DNA of 64,000 nt, from assembly GCA_963812135.1 (NCBI GenBank), contig CAWETU010000001.1, forward strand, positions 1,536,001-1,600,000. The letters are read 5' to 3'. Both the position numbers and the translations under genes were made by a program. Numbering within the stretch: the stretch's first letter is position 1; each line of letters opens with the position of its first letter. Origin of the DNA: Vulcanimicrobiota bacterium. Its GTDB lineage: Bacteria > Vulcanimicrobiota > Vulcanimicrobiia > Eremiobacterales > Eremiobacteraceae. Under the pieces are notes generated by a model. The model was not told the DNA's origin. It saw only the letters and a list, made by a program, of their open reading frames with translations, and did no database searches. This document shows, piece after piece, positions 1-10,156 of the stretch.

Positions 1-195
1 GAGACAGACTTTTGCAGTTGTTGGGATCGATGTAAATCCGTACTTGATACGATCGAAATGGGATGCGGCTTTCAATAGCGCATTCACACGGCTATCGTCC
101 ATCGAAACCCGCTCTGGAAGTAAGCCACATCCGCTTGTTGCGAGGCAAACAAGGATGCATTGCATCAGGCATCGCGCACGTTGGCTAAGAGTCAC
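1..195 (-). CDS. Partial putative lipoprotein (runs off the left edge)
   Basis: Manual translation from GTG 195 (or ATG 165): ...MQCILVCLATSGCGLLPERVSMDD..., open to base 1; lipobox-like TSGC; lower GC than neighbours. Confidence 0.5.
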   Translation of the reverse strand, partial: MTLSQRARCLMQCILVCLATSGCGLLPERVSMDDSRVNALLKAASHFDRIKYGFTSIPTTAKVCL

Positions 196-264
196 AAAAA
201 AGGCCTTTCGCTTTGCCACGCAAAGTGACCCTGCAAAAAAAAGAGGTTTACTTGCCAAAGAGCG

Positions 265-1818
265 CTAGAAGTTGGTCTGCAGGCCGAAGGTCGGCGTCGG
301 CGTCTGCGAGTTCGGGCCGAACAGATTGCGCTCGCCATAGAATATCTGCACGCGGCGCGCGAGCCGGACGTCGCCGTAAAGATCGAGCGTTGGGTTCTTC
401 GAGTTGTACAACCGCACGTCGACGCCCAGCGGGCCGGGCTGATAGACCGCCTTCACGCCGAGGTTCGAGTACAACACGCCGCCCGAGAGCGTCAGCCCCG
501 GCGCGAGCCGCCGGTTGAGCAACACGTTGTACGTGGCGCTATAGCCGAGCGAGTTCGCTCCGAGCGTGAGGTTCGTCGGCCCACGCGGCAGGAACGTGAA
601 GTTCAAGTCGCTGGTCGGGCCGCCGTTGAACTTGTTCATCCAATACAGGCGCAGCTGCGGTTCGACAAGTTCCAAGCTGCGAAGGGAGTTCTGTGGGCGC
701 GGCGTGGCATTCGAGGGCGCGGGCGGCACCACGCTGTTCGGCGGCGCGTTTGGCGTCACGCCGTTGGGCGGTGGCGTCCCCGGGTGCGTCGCGCCTGGCG
801 GCGGCGCGGTGGCCGACGAGAAGTTCCCCAAGATGTCATTCGCCTTGGCGGTGACCTGGTCGAGGTTGCTGATCGTGCCGCGCAATTGTGCCTGCACGCT
901 CGGGTCGCTCGTCAGCGATTGCAGGTCAGTAGCGGCCGAACGCAGCTTGTCGCTCGCATCCTTGAAGTTGATGGCCGTCTGCACGAGGCTCGCTTTGATC
1001 GTCGGATCGCCGGTGAGCGACGCGAAGTTGGCCATCGTGGTGTTCAGGTTCTTGGCCGTGTCGGAGAGCGCGTCGACGAGCTGCTGGATGCGCTGCGAGT
1101 TGTTGCCCACCAGCGAGTTGAGGTTGCCGGTCAGCTCGACGATGTTGCTGCCGCTCAGCTTGATCACGCGATTGAGCTCCGCGATCGTCGTGTTCATCGA
1201 CGCGGAGAACGCCGTGAAATTCGTGTCCGCGCTGGTGATCAGGTGGTCGGTGTGCGCAGCGACGTTGTCGAAGCGCTTGGCGATAAGCGGCAGCTCGACA
1301 TTGATCACCGCGATGGTCTTCTCGAGGCTCTTCAACTGCGTCTGGCTCTCGCTCACCAGGTCGCCGATCGTGGGGGGCAGCACGCCCCAGGGCGCGTCGT
1401 TCGGGTCTCCCGGCACGCCGGCTGGCAGCGGCGTCGAGTGCGCGATATCCAGCGGCGGCTTGATGTTCAGGGTCGATTGACCCGTGATGGTGCTCGAGAC
1501 GATGAACTGCGACTCGCGATAAACGCGCGTGCCTTTGTTGATCACCGCCACGGCGAGCACGGTCTGATCGGGCAACAGCCGGATCTGCTGCACGTCGCCG
1601 ACGGCGACGCCCGAGACCAGCACCGACGCGCCCTCCTGCAGTCCGCCGACGTCCTTGAAATGGATGGCGATGGGATAGCCGCGCGCGCGCAGGCCGATGT
1701 CGCTCACATAGATGACGACGATCGCCGCTGACGCGAGCGCGAGCAGCGTGAAGATGCCCACGCGGACCTGTTGCGCGGTCGGGCTTGCGCCGCGTTGCTT
1801 ATAGCGGGATCGGACCAA
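265..1818 (-). CDS. mlaD: MCE/MlaD family protein with long helical region and C-terminal beta-rich domain
   Basis: N-terminal TM; MCE motif FKDVGGLQEGASVLVSGVAVGDV; follows mlaE/mlaF; start codon uncertain. Confidence 0.85.
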   Translation of the reverse strand: MVRSRYKQRGASPTAQQVRVGIFTLLALASAAIVVIYVSDIGLRARGYPIAIHFKDVGGLQEGASVLVSGVAVGDVQQIRLLPDQTVLAVAVINKGTRVYRESQFIVSSTITGQSTLNIKPPLDIAHSTPLPAGVPGDPNDAPWGVLPPTIGDLVSESQTQLKSLEKTIAVINVELPLIAKRFDNVAAHTDHLITSADTNFTAFSASMNTTIAELNRVIKLSGSNIVELTGNLNSLVGNNSQRIQQLVDALSDTAKNLNTTMANFASLTGDPTIKASLVQTAINFKDASDKLRSAATDLQSLTSDPSVQAQLRGTISNLDQVTAKANDILGNFSSATAPPPGATHPGTPPPNGVTPNAPPNSVVPPAPSNATPRPQNSLRSLELVEPQLRLYWMNKFNGGPTSDLNFTFLPRGPTNLTLGANSLGYSATYNVLLNRRLAPGLTLSGGVLYSNLGVKAVYQPGPLGVDVRLYNSKNPTLDLYGDVRLARRVQIFYGERNLFGPNSQTPTPTFGLQTNF

Positions 1819-2593
1819 GTTCGCTTCCTTGGAGGAACTGCTGGACGATCGGGTTCGGCGAGCGCCGGATCTCGTTCACCGTCCCCGACTCGATGATCGT
1901 GCCCTCGAACAGCATCGCCACGCGGTCCGACAGGGCGTAGATCGATCGCAGGTCGTGCGAAACGACCACGGACGTCGCCTTGAGGCGTTCCTGGATGCTC
2001 TTGATGCTGGTCACGATGATGTGCGTCATGATCGGATCGAGCCCCGAGGTCGGTTCGTCGAACAGGATGATTTCCGGGTCATTCACGATTGCGCGCGCGA
2101 ACCCCGCCCGCTTCTGCATGCCGCCGGAGAGCTCGCCGGGCAGCCGGTCTTCGACGTCGGAAAGCCCCAGGGCTTCGAGGGTATCGTGGACGCGCTGGTC
2201 GATCTCCGCCTTTTTCATCTGCGTGTGCTCCCACAGCGGATAGGCGACGTTTTCAGCGACCGTCATGGAGTCGAACAGGGCCGAGTACTGGAACGCGAAG
2301 CCCATCTTCTTGCGCATTTCGATGAGCTCTCGTTCGCTCCAGCCGGTGATGTTGTCGCCGTTGATGTACACGGCGCCGGCGTCCGCATGGCGCAGCCCGT
2401 TGATGACGCGCAAAATGGTCGACTTGCCGGCGCCGGACAGCCCGATGATGCCGGTGATCGCGCCGCGCTGGCAGTCCACCGAACAGTCCGACAAAACGAT
2501 CTTCTCGTCGTATTTGAGCGCGACGCGATCCAGCCGGATCGCGACATCTTCATCCGGCCGCGGGGGTCCGAGCGTCTCGGTGAGGTCGGTCAA
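1799..2593 (-). CDS. mlaF: ABC transporter ATP-binding protein, MlaF/Mkl family
   Basis: Walker A GLSGAGKS, signature LSGGMQKR, FDEPTSGLDP. Confidence 0.9.
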   Translation of the reverse strand: MTDLTETLGPPRPDEDVAIRLDRVALKYDEKIVLSDCSVDCQRGAITGIIGLSGAGKSTILRVINGLRHADAGAVYINGDNITGWSERELIEMRKKMGFAFQYSALFDSMTVAENVAYPLWEHTQMKKAEIDQRVHDTLEALGLSDVEDRLPGELSGGMQKRAGFARAIVNDPEIILFDEPTSGLDPIMTHIIVTSIKSIQERLKATSVVVSHDLRSIYALSDRVAMLFEGTIIESGTVNEIRRSPNPIVQQFLQGSELGPIPL

Positions 2594-3354
2594 TGGAAGA
2601 GCACGTACGACAGGCCGAAGTTGAACGCGAAGATGAGAATGATCGCCGTGACCACCGCATTGGTGGTCGCGCGGCCGACGCCGTCAGCGCCGCCCTCGGT
2701 GCGAAAGCCTTCGTAACATGCGATGATCGAGGTGATCGCGCCGAACACCGCTGCCTTGATGAGGCCGTTGTAGAAATCGCTCGGCTGCGTGCCCTGCTGC
2801 ACGGAGTGGAAGTACGTGTATTGCGTGATGCCGGCCTCGAGGTGCGCCATGAGATAGCCGCCGCCGATACCGACGACATCGGCGAACACCGTGAGCAGCG
2901 GCACCGTGAGGATGCACGCGAGCAGCCGCGGCGTGACGAGCACTTTCACCGGGCTGACACCCATCGATTGGAACGCTTCGATCTGTTCGGTGACCTTCAT
3001 CGCGCCGAGCGACGCGGCGATCGCTGCGCCGGCCCGGCCGGCGAACACGATGCCGGTGAGCAGCGGCCCGAGTTCGCGGAACGTGCCGTATGCCACGCTG
3101 CTGCCGACGTATTCGGTCAAACCGTTCGCGACGGCGGCCTTGGCGGTCTCGAGCGAGATGACCATGCCCGTGAACAGCGACGTCAGGACGATGATCGGCC
3201 ACGACTCGACGCCCAAGAAGTAGGCCTGGCGCAGCACTTCGGTCGGCCTGACCTGCAGCGTTAACACGTAGCGCAACGCGTCGCCGAGCATGATGATGAC
3301 GCCGCCGGCATATCCGAAGAAGCGCGTGAACGGATTGGCGGCGACGTTCTGCAT
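2590..3354 (-). CDS. mlaE: ABC permease, MlaE family
   Basis: RELGPLLTGIVFAGRAG, MKVTEQIEA, GVGRATTNAVV motifs. Confidence 0.92.
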   Translation of the reverse strand: MQNVAANPFTRFFGYAGGVIIMLGDALRYVLTLQVRPTEVLRQAYFLGVESWPIIVLTSLFTGMVISLETAKAAVANGLTEYVGSSVAYGTFRELGPLLTGIVFAGRAGAAIAASLGAMKVTEQIEAFQSMGVSPVKVLVTPRLLACILTVPLLTVFADVVGIGGGYLMAHLEAGITQYTYFHSVQQGTQPSDFYNGLIKAAVFGAITSIIACYEGFRTEGGADGVGRATTNAVVTAIILIFAFNFGLSYVLFH

Positions 3355-3674
3355 CAGGACTCCTGACGGTGCGCCGTCGCGTCGAGCGCGTCGAGCACAC
3401 GACGCGCGCCGTCACGGCGGCGCTCCGCCACGCTGCGTTCGGCGTGCAGATTGTATTGGCGCTGGTAGAGATCGTCGAGCTTGCGGTCGATCTCGGCCAG
3501 ATGCTGCTCCGATTCGGCGGCCATGTCGCCGAAATATTTGGCCGCCGCCCGCAACAACGCCTCGACGTTCGCCGGGCCGCCGTCGCGGCGGATCCCATCG
3601 CGCGCCCGCACAAGCCCGCGGTCGGTGATATGAAATGCGTCGATCAGCGCAAGCAGGCCGTCGAGCTCGCTCAC
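3354..3674 (-). CDS. Hypothetical coiled-coil protein
   Basis: 106-aa ORF overlapping both neighbours (translational coupling). Confidence 0.7.
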   Translation of the reverse strand: MSELDGLLALIDAFHITDRGLVRARDGIRRDGGPANVEALLRAAAKYFGDMAAESEQHLAEIDRKLDDLYQRQYNLHAERSVAERRRDGARRVLDALDATAHRQES

Positions 3675-4438
3675 GCCGGCGCCTTCGCGGTCTTGCCGAA
3701 CGCGGGCACGTCGAACGCGGCGAGCGCCGCCTTCTGCTGTTCGACCAGCTCAACGACGCCCTTGCCCGCCAACGCCAGAAGCCGGTCCAGCTCGGTGCGG
3801 GCGAACGGCATGCCCTCGCCCGTGCCCTGGACCTCGACGTATCGGCCATCGCCGGTCATGGCGACGTTCATGTCGACCTGGGCGCGCGCATCTTCTTCAT
3901 AGTTTAGATCGAGCATGGCGCGCCCGTCCACCAATCCGACGGACGTCGCCGCCAGCCAATCGGTCAAGGGCCAGCCGCGCAGCTTATTCGCACCGCGCAA
4001 ATGGAGCAGCGCTAAGACCAGCGAGATGAACGCGCCAGTGATCGACGCGGTGCGCGTGCCGCCGTCCGCCTCGAGCACGTCGCAGTCCAGCAGGATGGTG
4101 CGCTCGCCCAAGCCGCGCAGATCGACGACCGATCGCAGGCTGCGCCCGATGATGCGTTGGATCTCGTGCGTCCGGCCGCCCAAACGTCCTTTGACCGCCT
4201 CGCGCTGCGTGCGCTCCGCCGTAGAACGCGGCAGCAGCGCGTACTCGGCGGTGACCCAACCGGTCCCTTGACCCTTGAGGAACAGCGGTGCTCGGTCTTC
4301 GACCGTCGCCGCGCAGAGCACGCGCGTGTTGCCGATCTCGATGAGCGCAGAGCCTTCGGCGAAATGCAGATAGTTCGGCGTGACCTTAAAAGGCCTCGCC
4401 TGATCGTCTGCCCGGCCGTCGGTTATATGCGCTGTCAC
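3671..4438 (-). CDS. rph: Ribonuclease PH
   Basis: [47 protein letters not shown]; likely start GTG 4438. Confidence 0.93.
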   Translation of the reverse strand: MTAHITDGRADDQARPFKVTPNYLHFAEGSALIEIGNTRVLCAATVEDRAPLFLKGQGTGWVTAEYALLPRSTAERTQREAVKGRLGGRTHEIQRIIGRSLRSVVDLRGLGERTILLDCDVLEADGGTRTASITGAFISLVLALLHLRGANKLRGWPLTDWLAATSVGLVDGRAMLDLNYEEDARAQVDMNVAMTGDGRYVEVQGTGEGMPFARTELDRLLALAGKGVVELVEQQKAALAAFDVPAFGKTAKAPA

Positions 4439-4742
4439 CAAGCTCGTCGAATGCGCGCGCCCGTTCGTACAACGCAGCGACGTCGTCGCTTTGCAGGGAC
4501 AGGGCACCCGTCAAGTCGTCGCGCGCTCCGCCAGGATCGTGCAATGCATCCAGTTTCAGAACGCCTCGGCGCGTCAGCGCTTCGGACGACAGCGGGTTCA
4601 GGAGCAACGCCCAGTTGTACAGACGGAGGGCGTCAGCAGGCTGCTTGTCCAAAGCGGCAGCCTCAGCCCGACCCACGAGCCAGCCACTCGCGATTGCGGC
4701 GCTGGTCCCAAGCGCGAGAACAAACGCGGCACTAAGAACCAC
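4386..4742 (-). CDS. Small exported TPR-like protein
   Basis: Hydrophobic N-terminus then TPR-like helices ([26 protein letters not shown]); start uncertain. Confidence 0.55.
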   Translation of the reverse strand: MVLSAAFVLALGTSAAIASGWLVGRAEAAALDKQPADALRLYNWALLLNPLSSEALTRRGVLKLDALHDPGGARDDLTGALSLQSDDVAALYERARAFDELGDSAYNRRPGRRSGEAF

Positions 4743-4775
4743 GCGTGTCCATGCAACCCCGCGCGACCACGCAGG

Positions 4776-6605
4776 CTACTCGACGGTGACGGTCTTGGCG
4801 AGATTGCGCGGCTGGTCCACGTCGCAGCCCTTACGATCTGCGATGTGGTAGGCCAACAATTGGAGCGGCACGACGTTGACGATCGGGGCGATCAGATGAT
4901 GGGTGGCAGGCACGCGCAAGATGACGTCGGCGACTTCGAGCACCGCATCGTCGCCCGGGTTGGCGATCGCGATGACGCGGCTCTCTCGCGCCTTGGCCTC
5001 GGAGAGATTGCTCAGTATCTTCTCCTCCACCGGGCCTCGCGTCGCGATGCCGACGACCGGCACGGCTTCGTCCAGCAGCGCGATGGGACCGTGCTTCATC
5101 TCCCCCGCGGCATAGCCCTCAGCGTGGATATACGAGATCTCTTTGAGTTTGAGGGCGCCTTCGAGCGCAATCGGATAGTTGACGTGGCGTCCGAGGAACA
5201 ACACGGTCTTCGACTTCGCATAGCGGCGCGCGACGGGGATGATCTCCTCGTCGCTGTTGAGCGCCTGATCGACCAGCGCCGGCACGCCGCGCAGGGCCTC
5301 GACGACCTCGCGCGCTTCACCGGGCGTCATCGTGCCGCGCGCTTGCGCCAGTCGCAGCGCAAACAGCGCGACGGCCGCGCATTGCGCGGTGAAGGTCTTG
5401 GTCGCCGCGACCCCGATCTCGGGGCCTGCGTGGGTGTATAAAGTGGCGTCCGCGCGGCGCGAGAGCGCCGAGCCGACCCGATTGCAGATGGCGAGCAGCG
5501 TGGCGCCACCGGCTTTTGCCACCTTGGCCGCCTCGAGCACGTCGGCGGTCTCGCCGCTCTGCGAGATCGCGACGGCAAGCGTGTCCTCGTCCACGACCGG
5601 CTGCGAGTAACGGAACTCAGATGCCAGCTCCAGCTCCACCGGCAATCGGCCGAGCTGGCGGATGAGGTACATGCCGTACATCGCCGCGTAGTACGCCGAA
5701 CCGCACGCGAACATCGAGATCTTCCCGGCCTTGCGCAGCAGCTCGTCGGACAGGTCGGCGTCGGAGAGATCGATGCGCCCGTCGTCTCGGATCCGGCCGG
5801 CGAGCGTATCGCGCACCGCTTTGGGCTGCTCGTAGATCTCCTTGAGCATGAAATGCTTGAAGCCGCCTTTTTCGGCGGCGTGCACGTCCCACGAGATGCG
5901 GGTCACTTCGCGTTCGACCGGCTCGCCGGCAAACGTCGAGATCTCCGCGCCGTCACGCGTGACGACGACGACCTCGCCCTCATGGATCACCAGCTGCTTG
6001 CGGGTGTACTCCATGATGGCGGGCGTGTCCGAGGCGACGAACGTCTCGCCCTCGCCAAGTCCGACGACGAGCGGCGACGCGCCGTTGCGCGCGAACACGA
6101 TCTCATCGGGAGATTCGGACGAGAGGACGCCGAGCGCGTACGCGCCATGCACCTCACCGAGGACGGAGCGGACCGCTGCAGCTAGGTCACCTTTGTATCG
6201 CTCTTCGATGAGATGCGCGACGACCTCGGTGTCGGTGTCGCTCGCGAACGTGTGACCGCGTTCGATGAGCGCCGCCCGCAGCGGCGCGTAGTTCTCGATG
6301 ATGCCGTTGTGGATCACCGCGATGCGTCCGCTGCAATCCAGATGCGGATGCGCGTTGCTGTCGCTCGGCCGGCCGTGCGTGGCCCAACGCGTGTGACCGA
6401 TCCCGACGGAACCTTTGAGCGGGTGTTGCTTGAGCGCTTCTTCGAGATTCGCGAGTTTGCCGACGCGCTTCTCGCCGACGACGGCACCGTCATCGACCAC
6501 CGCGACGCCGGCCGAATCATAGCCGCGGTACTCGAGCCGCCGCAAGCCGTCCATCAGCACGCCGACGACGTTGCGCGGGCCGATATAGCCGACGATGCCG
6601 CACAT
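4776..6605 (-). CDS. glmS: Glutamine--fructose-6-phosphate aminotransferase
   Basis: MCGIVG N-terminus, GHTRWATHG, C-terminal PRNLAKTVTVE. Confidence 0.97.
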   Translation of the reverse strand: MCGIVGYIGPRNVVGVLMDGLRRLEYRGYDSAGVAVVDDGAVVGEKRVGKLANLEEALKQHPLKGSVGIGHTRWATHGRPSDSNAHPHLDCSGRIAVIHNGIIENYAPLRAALIERGHTFASDTDTEVVAHLIEERYKGDLAAAVRSVLGEVHGAYALGVLSSESPDEIVFARNGASPLVVGLGEGETFVASDTPAIMEYTRKQLVIHEGEVVVVTRDGAEISTFAGEPVEREVTRISWDVHAAEKGGFKHFMLKEIYEQPKAVRDTLAGRIRDDGRIDLSDADLSDELLRKAGKISMFACGSAYYAAMYGMYLIRQLGRLPVELELASEFRYSQPVVDEDTLAVAISQSGETADVLEAAKVAKAGGATLLAICNRVGSALSRRADATLYTHAGPEIGVAATKTFTAQCAAVALFALRLAQARGTMTPGEAREVVEALRGVPALVDQALNSDEEIIPVARRYAKSKTVLFLGRHVNYPIALEGALKLKEISYIHAEGYAAGEMKHGPIALLDEAVPVVGIATRGPVEEKILSNLSEAKARESRVIAIANPGDDAVLEVADVILRVPATHHLIAPIVNVVPLQLLAYHIADRKGCDVDQPRNLAKTVTVE

Positions 6606-7214
6606 CAGAACTCGCCTGAGCCTTTCAATCGCCAGACCCTGAGCGCTTCGGCGCGCAGGATCGCGCGTAGTTGCGCGACGGCGACGTCGAACTCGTCGTT
6701 CACGATCAAATACTCGTAGTCTTTGATGGCCTTCTCCTCAAGCCGCGCGGTTTCCAGCCTGGCCGCGATGTCCTCCGGGCCGTCGGCGTTGCGGACCTCC
6801 AAGGCGGCGTATCAGCTCGTCTTCCGAACGCACGGTCAAGAACACCAACACCGCGTCCGGATACAGCGCTTTGATCATCATCGCGCCGTTCACTTCGGGC
6901 TTCATGACGAGATCTCGACCGGAACGCAGCGTTTCCTCGACGAACGCCTTTGGCGTGCCGTACAGATTGCCTGCGTACTCGCGCGTCTCGATGAACGCAC
7001 CCTCGCCCAGCATGCGCTTGAACTCATCGCGCGAGACGAAATGATAGTGCACGCCTTCGATTTCGCCCGCGCGCGGCGCGCGGGTGGTCGCCGAAACGCA
7101 ATAGCCGACCTCGGGTTCGAGCGTGCGCAGCGCGGCGATCACGCTGTCCTTGCCCGAGCCGGAAGGCCCGGACACGACCAGCAGGACCGGTTGGCGGCTC
7201 GGCGAGTCTTTCAT
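6605..7214 (-). CDS. gmk: Guanylate kinase, frameshifted near 6800
   Basis: SGPSGSGKDS and TTRAPRAGEIEGVHYHF in ORF 6738..7325; C-terminus YEYLIVND in ORF 6605..6802. Confidence 0.9.
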
Positions 7215-7221
7215 ATCCCCC

Positions 7222-8964
7222 ATGACGCTTGATAGCTGGCTGGTCGCTCGTCTCGCACGCGAGCTGGATGGCCTGGTCGCGGGCGGGCGCGTGAGCGAGC
7301 TACGAGGATCGGAGCGGCGTCTCACGCTTACGTGCTATCGCCGGCGCGAACAACTGCTGCTGCAGGCCGTCTTCAACCCCGAACAGCCGCTCGTCGCGGC
7401 CACACGTGATGACGACCGGGCAAACGAAAGCGGTCCTTTAGGCTGGCTCGGCGGCGTCGCTCCGCTGCTCCGAGGCAGCGTCGTCGATGCTGTCCGAGCT
7501 GTACCCGATGACCGCATTCTCAACGTCGACTTGAGTTCCCGGTCCCCGTTCGGCGTGCCTGCGCGGCACCGCCTCGTGCTGGAACTCGAGCCCCGCCGCA
7601 GCAACGCGCTCGTGCTGCGACCCGTCGGAGACGAATGGAGCGTGCTTGCGGCGGCTCGCCAATTCGAGGGCGCTGCGGGCGCGCGCGACGTCGCCGTCGG
7701 CAAGCGCTACGAACCACCGCCGGCCCGCACCGCGAAGCTCGACCTCCCGGGTTTCGTCACGGGCGTGCACGCGGCGCTCGCGCGCGTCGAACCGGAGCTG
7801 CGGGGCGTCGCGCGCCTGTTATCCGATTTCGATCTTGCTTGCACGCCGCCGCTTGCCCGGTCCGTGGTGCAGAGCGTATTCGCCGTTGGAACGCCCGCGG
7901 CACCGGTCGAGCGTTTGCTGGAAGCGTGGAGCGCCTTGCGCGCGCAGGTCGAGCGCGCGAGCGCAGATATGGGTGAGCTCTACGTCTACCGGCGCGGAGA
8001 CGAGATCGTCGCGTGTCACCTCGTGCCGCTCGCGTGGCCGGCCGGCGACGTGAGCCGCGCGCCGAGTCTCAACGAACTCGGTGCGCAGCAAATCGCACGC
8101 TCCGATCGCATGCGGGCTGCGCCGGCTGGGATCGCGCTGCGCAAGAAACTCGAGCGCATGCTCGCGCGTTGCGACGACGAAGAGGCCGCGCTGCACGCCG
8201 CGCAAGAGCGCGCTCGCGTGGCGGATGCGTTGCGCGTGTCGGGCGATGCGATTTACGCGAATCTCGCCGACGTGCCCGAGCGCGCTACCGCCTTCGTGAC
8301 GCCCGACGGTTCGCGCATCGCGCTCGACCCCACGCTCAGCGCGAAGCAAAACGCAGCGGCGTACTTCAAACGCTATCGCAAAGCGCGCAGCGGATTGCCG
8401 CGCATCGACGCGCGGCTCGAGCGGCTCGCAGCCAATCGCCGCCTGTGGGAGCAGCTCTTGTGGGAGCTCGAGCGCGCAGACGCTGATCCGTCGCTGCGCA
8501 TGGCGATCTATGAAGAAGTCAGCGCAGCGCTCGCCACGAAGCGCACGGCCGCACCCGCCACTCGCCGAACCCGCCCGAAAGAGCGCGGAGCGGCGGCGAC
8601 TCGGAGACTGACGACCTCCGTTCAGTTACCAGACGGAGCGGTCGCGCATGTCGGCCGGTCGCCCAAAGACAACGAGCGCGTGACGTTCAACGTGGCGCGG
8701 CCCGACGACTATTGGTTCCACGCGCGCGGCATCCCCGGCGCGCACGTCGTTCTTAAACTTCCGCACGCGGGCGAGGCGCCGACCCGCGAGCAGATCGAGC
8801 TCGCCGCAGCACTCGCGGCCGGCGCGAGCCGCGCATCGGGCGCCGCCAAAGTCGAGGTCGATTACACGCAGCGCAAGCACGTGCGCCGTCAAGGCAAAGG
8901 CGCGACCGGCCTCGTCTGGTACACCGACTTCAAGACGATTCTAGTGATCCCCCAGACCGCCTAG
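7222..8964 (+). CDS. rqcH: NFACT/RqcH (FbpA-like) ribosome quality control protein
   Basis: NAAAYFKRYRKAR, DYWFHARGIPGAHVVL, VEVDYTQRKHVRR; ATG 7222. Confidence 0.88.
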   Translation: MTLDSWLVARLARELDGLVAGGRVSELRGSERRLTLTCYRRREQLLLQAVFNPEQPLVAATRDDDRANESGPLGWLGGVAPLLRGSVVDAVRAVPDDRILNVDLSSRSPFGVPARHRLVLELEPRRSNALVLRPVGDEWSVLAAARQFEGAAGARDVAVGKRYEPPPARTAKLDLPGFVTGVHAALARVEPELRGVARLLSDFDLACTPPLARSVVQSVFAVGTPAAPVERLLEAWSALRAQVERASADMGELYVYRRGDEIVACHLVPLAWPAGDVSRAPSLNELGAQQIARSDRMRAAPAGIALRKKLERMLARCDDEEAALHAAQERARVADALRVSGDAIYANLADVPERATAFVTPDGSRIALDPTLSAKQNAAAYFKRYRKARSGLPRIDARLERLAANRRLWEQLLWELERADADPSLRMAIYEEVSAALATKRTAAPATRRTRPKERGAAATRRLTTSVQLPDGAVAHVGRSPKDNERVTFNVARPDDYWFHARGIPGAHVVLKLPHAGEAPTREQIELAAALAAGASRASGAAKVEVDYTQRKHVRRQGKGATGLVWYTDFKTILVIPQTA

Positions 8965-8974
8965 CGCTCTCGCG

Positions 8975-9005
8975 GCACAAGAGCCGCACAATACCCTGAT
9001 AGACT
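8975..9005 (+). promoter_or_regulatory. SARP-type direct repeat plus -10 box
   Basis: GCACAA at 8975 and 8986 (11-bp period), 8 nt gap, TAGACT at 9000-9005. Confidence 0.55.
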
Positions 9006-9038
9006 GCAGAGGTCAAATTTCGTTTGGGGGGCTTTCAA

Positions 9039-10103
9039 ATGCCTGTGTTCCGAGTGCATCTCTTCGCGGCGGTCTGCGTGTCTGCGGTCGTCGTCGTCAC
9101 TTCCACTGCGGCGCTTGCTGGCATCACGAGTGCGACCATCAGCGCCAGTCCCGTGAGTTACTCCGGCTCGTGTCCGACCTCGGTGTTGGCGACCGCTGTT
9201 GTGACGGGCGCGCCCGGCACGGCCTTCCAGTACGCCTTCTACCGACACGGGAGCGTTGTATTGCCGCCCGTGGCCGGCATGGTGGCGGCATCCGGAACGT
9301 TCACAGCGCACGATGCGATTGCGATCTCGACCAATACGTCCGACTTCGATCAGATATGGGTTAGCGGCATCGCCGGTCAATCGGACGTCTATTCCAACAA
9401 GGCGCCGTATTCCGTGGTGTGCTCGACGCCCACGCCGGCTCCGTCCGGAGGCCGCCTCTATGGCCATTCGAACGTACCGGATCCTCCGAAGATCGTAGGC
9501 TATAAGAACATCAAGAGAGTTCTCGTGCTGCAGCCTACGAATTCCGACGTGTGGCACAAGGAAAACAAGTCCTGTGGTGGTCTGAGCGTTTTCAGCACGG
9601 CCTGTCTCGACTTGGGATACGTCGCGCCGTATACGAGCAACCCGAGCGTGCTGGTCGGCTTCCGCTATTGGACGGACAAGCGGTTGACCGGCGATCTCTA
9701 CGACAATGCATTATTTCGCGCCGGGATTCAATTCAATATCCCAAATCTTCAGCACCATGCGATCACGAGCGCCACGCTGACCCTGACGCGGTACGGAACG
9801 ACGGTTTACGAAGATGGGAATTGGGACGTTCCTAGCTCGTTGAGCTGCGCGTTTGACTTCGGCCCCGCGCAGTCCGACTGGTGGGATTCTCGAGTCTCAT
9901 GGCTCGATGCAGATTTCGGTGAGACCTTCAATGGGGGCGGGGCGACGCTGAACGCGAACGTGATCCATGACGTGCAAACATGGACAGCGTACGGTAACAA
10001 CTTTGGGTGGGTCGTGAAGGGGCCGGATGAGAACTTGGCGGCGTTCACCGAGAACGAGTGCCTCACGCGGTATTGGGCGAGCCTTCAAATCGAGTACTAT
10101 TAG
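9039..10103 (+). CDS. Secreted protein, Ig-like N-domain plus DNRLRE-like C-domain
   Basis: Signal peptide, PTP linker, IQFNIP..ITSATLTL..DVQTW..NFGWVVK pattern; domain call is by eye. Confidence 0.7.
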   Translation: MPVFRVHLFAAVCVSAVVVVTSTAALAGITSATISASPVSYSGSCPTSVLATAVVTGAPGTAFQYAFYRHGSVVLPPVAGMVAASGTFTAHDAIAISTNTSDFDQIWVSGIAGQSDVYSNKAPYSVVCSTPTPAPSGGRLYGHSNVPDPPKIVGYKNIKRVLVLQPTNSDVWHKENKSCGGLSVFSTACLDLGYVAPYTSNPSVLVGFRYWTDKRLTGDLYDNALFRAGIQFNIPNLQHHAITSATLTLTRYGTTVYEDGNWDVPSSLSCAFDFGPAQSDWWDSRVSWLDADFGETFNGGGATLNANVIHDVQTWTAYGNNFGWVVKGPDENLAAFTENECLTRYWASLQIEYY

Positions 10104-10156
10104 ACCGCGCGCTAGGGCGAAGGGGACGTGCGAAGGCCTCACATAAGTCCCAGACC

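Noticed and set aside
6605..7214. gmk (and queA, acs, pknB) as pseudogenes or programmed frameshifts
   Set aside because: No slippery heptamers or other decay seen; the frequency of breaks points to sequencing error
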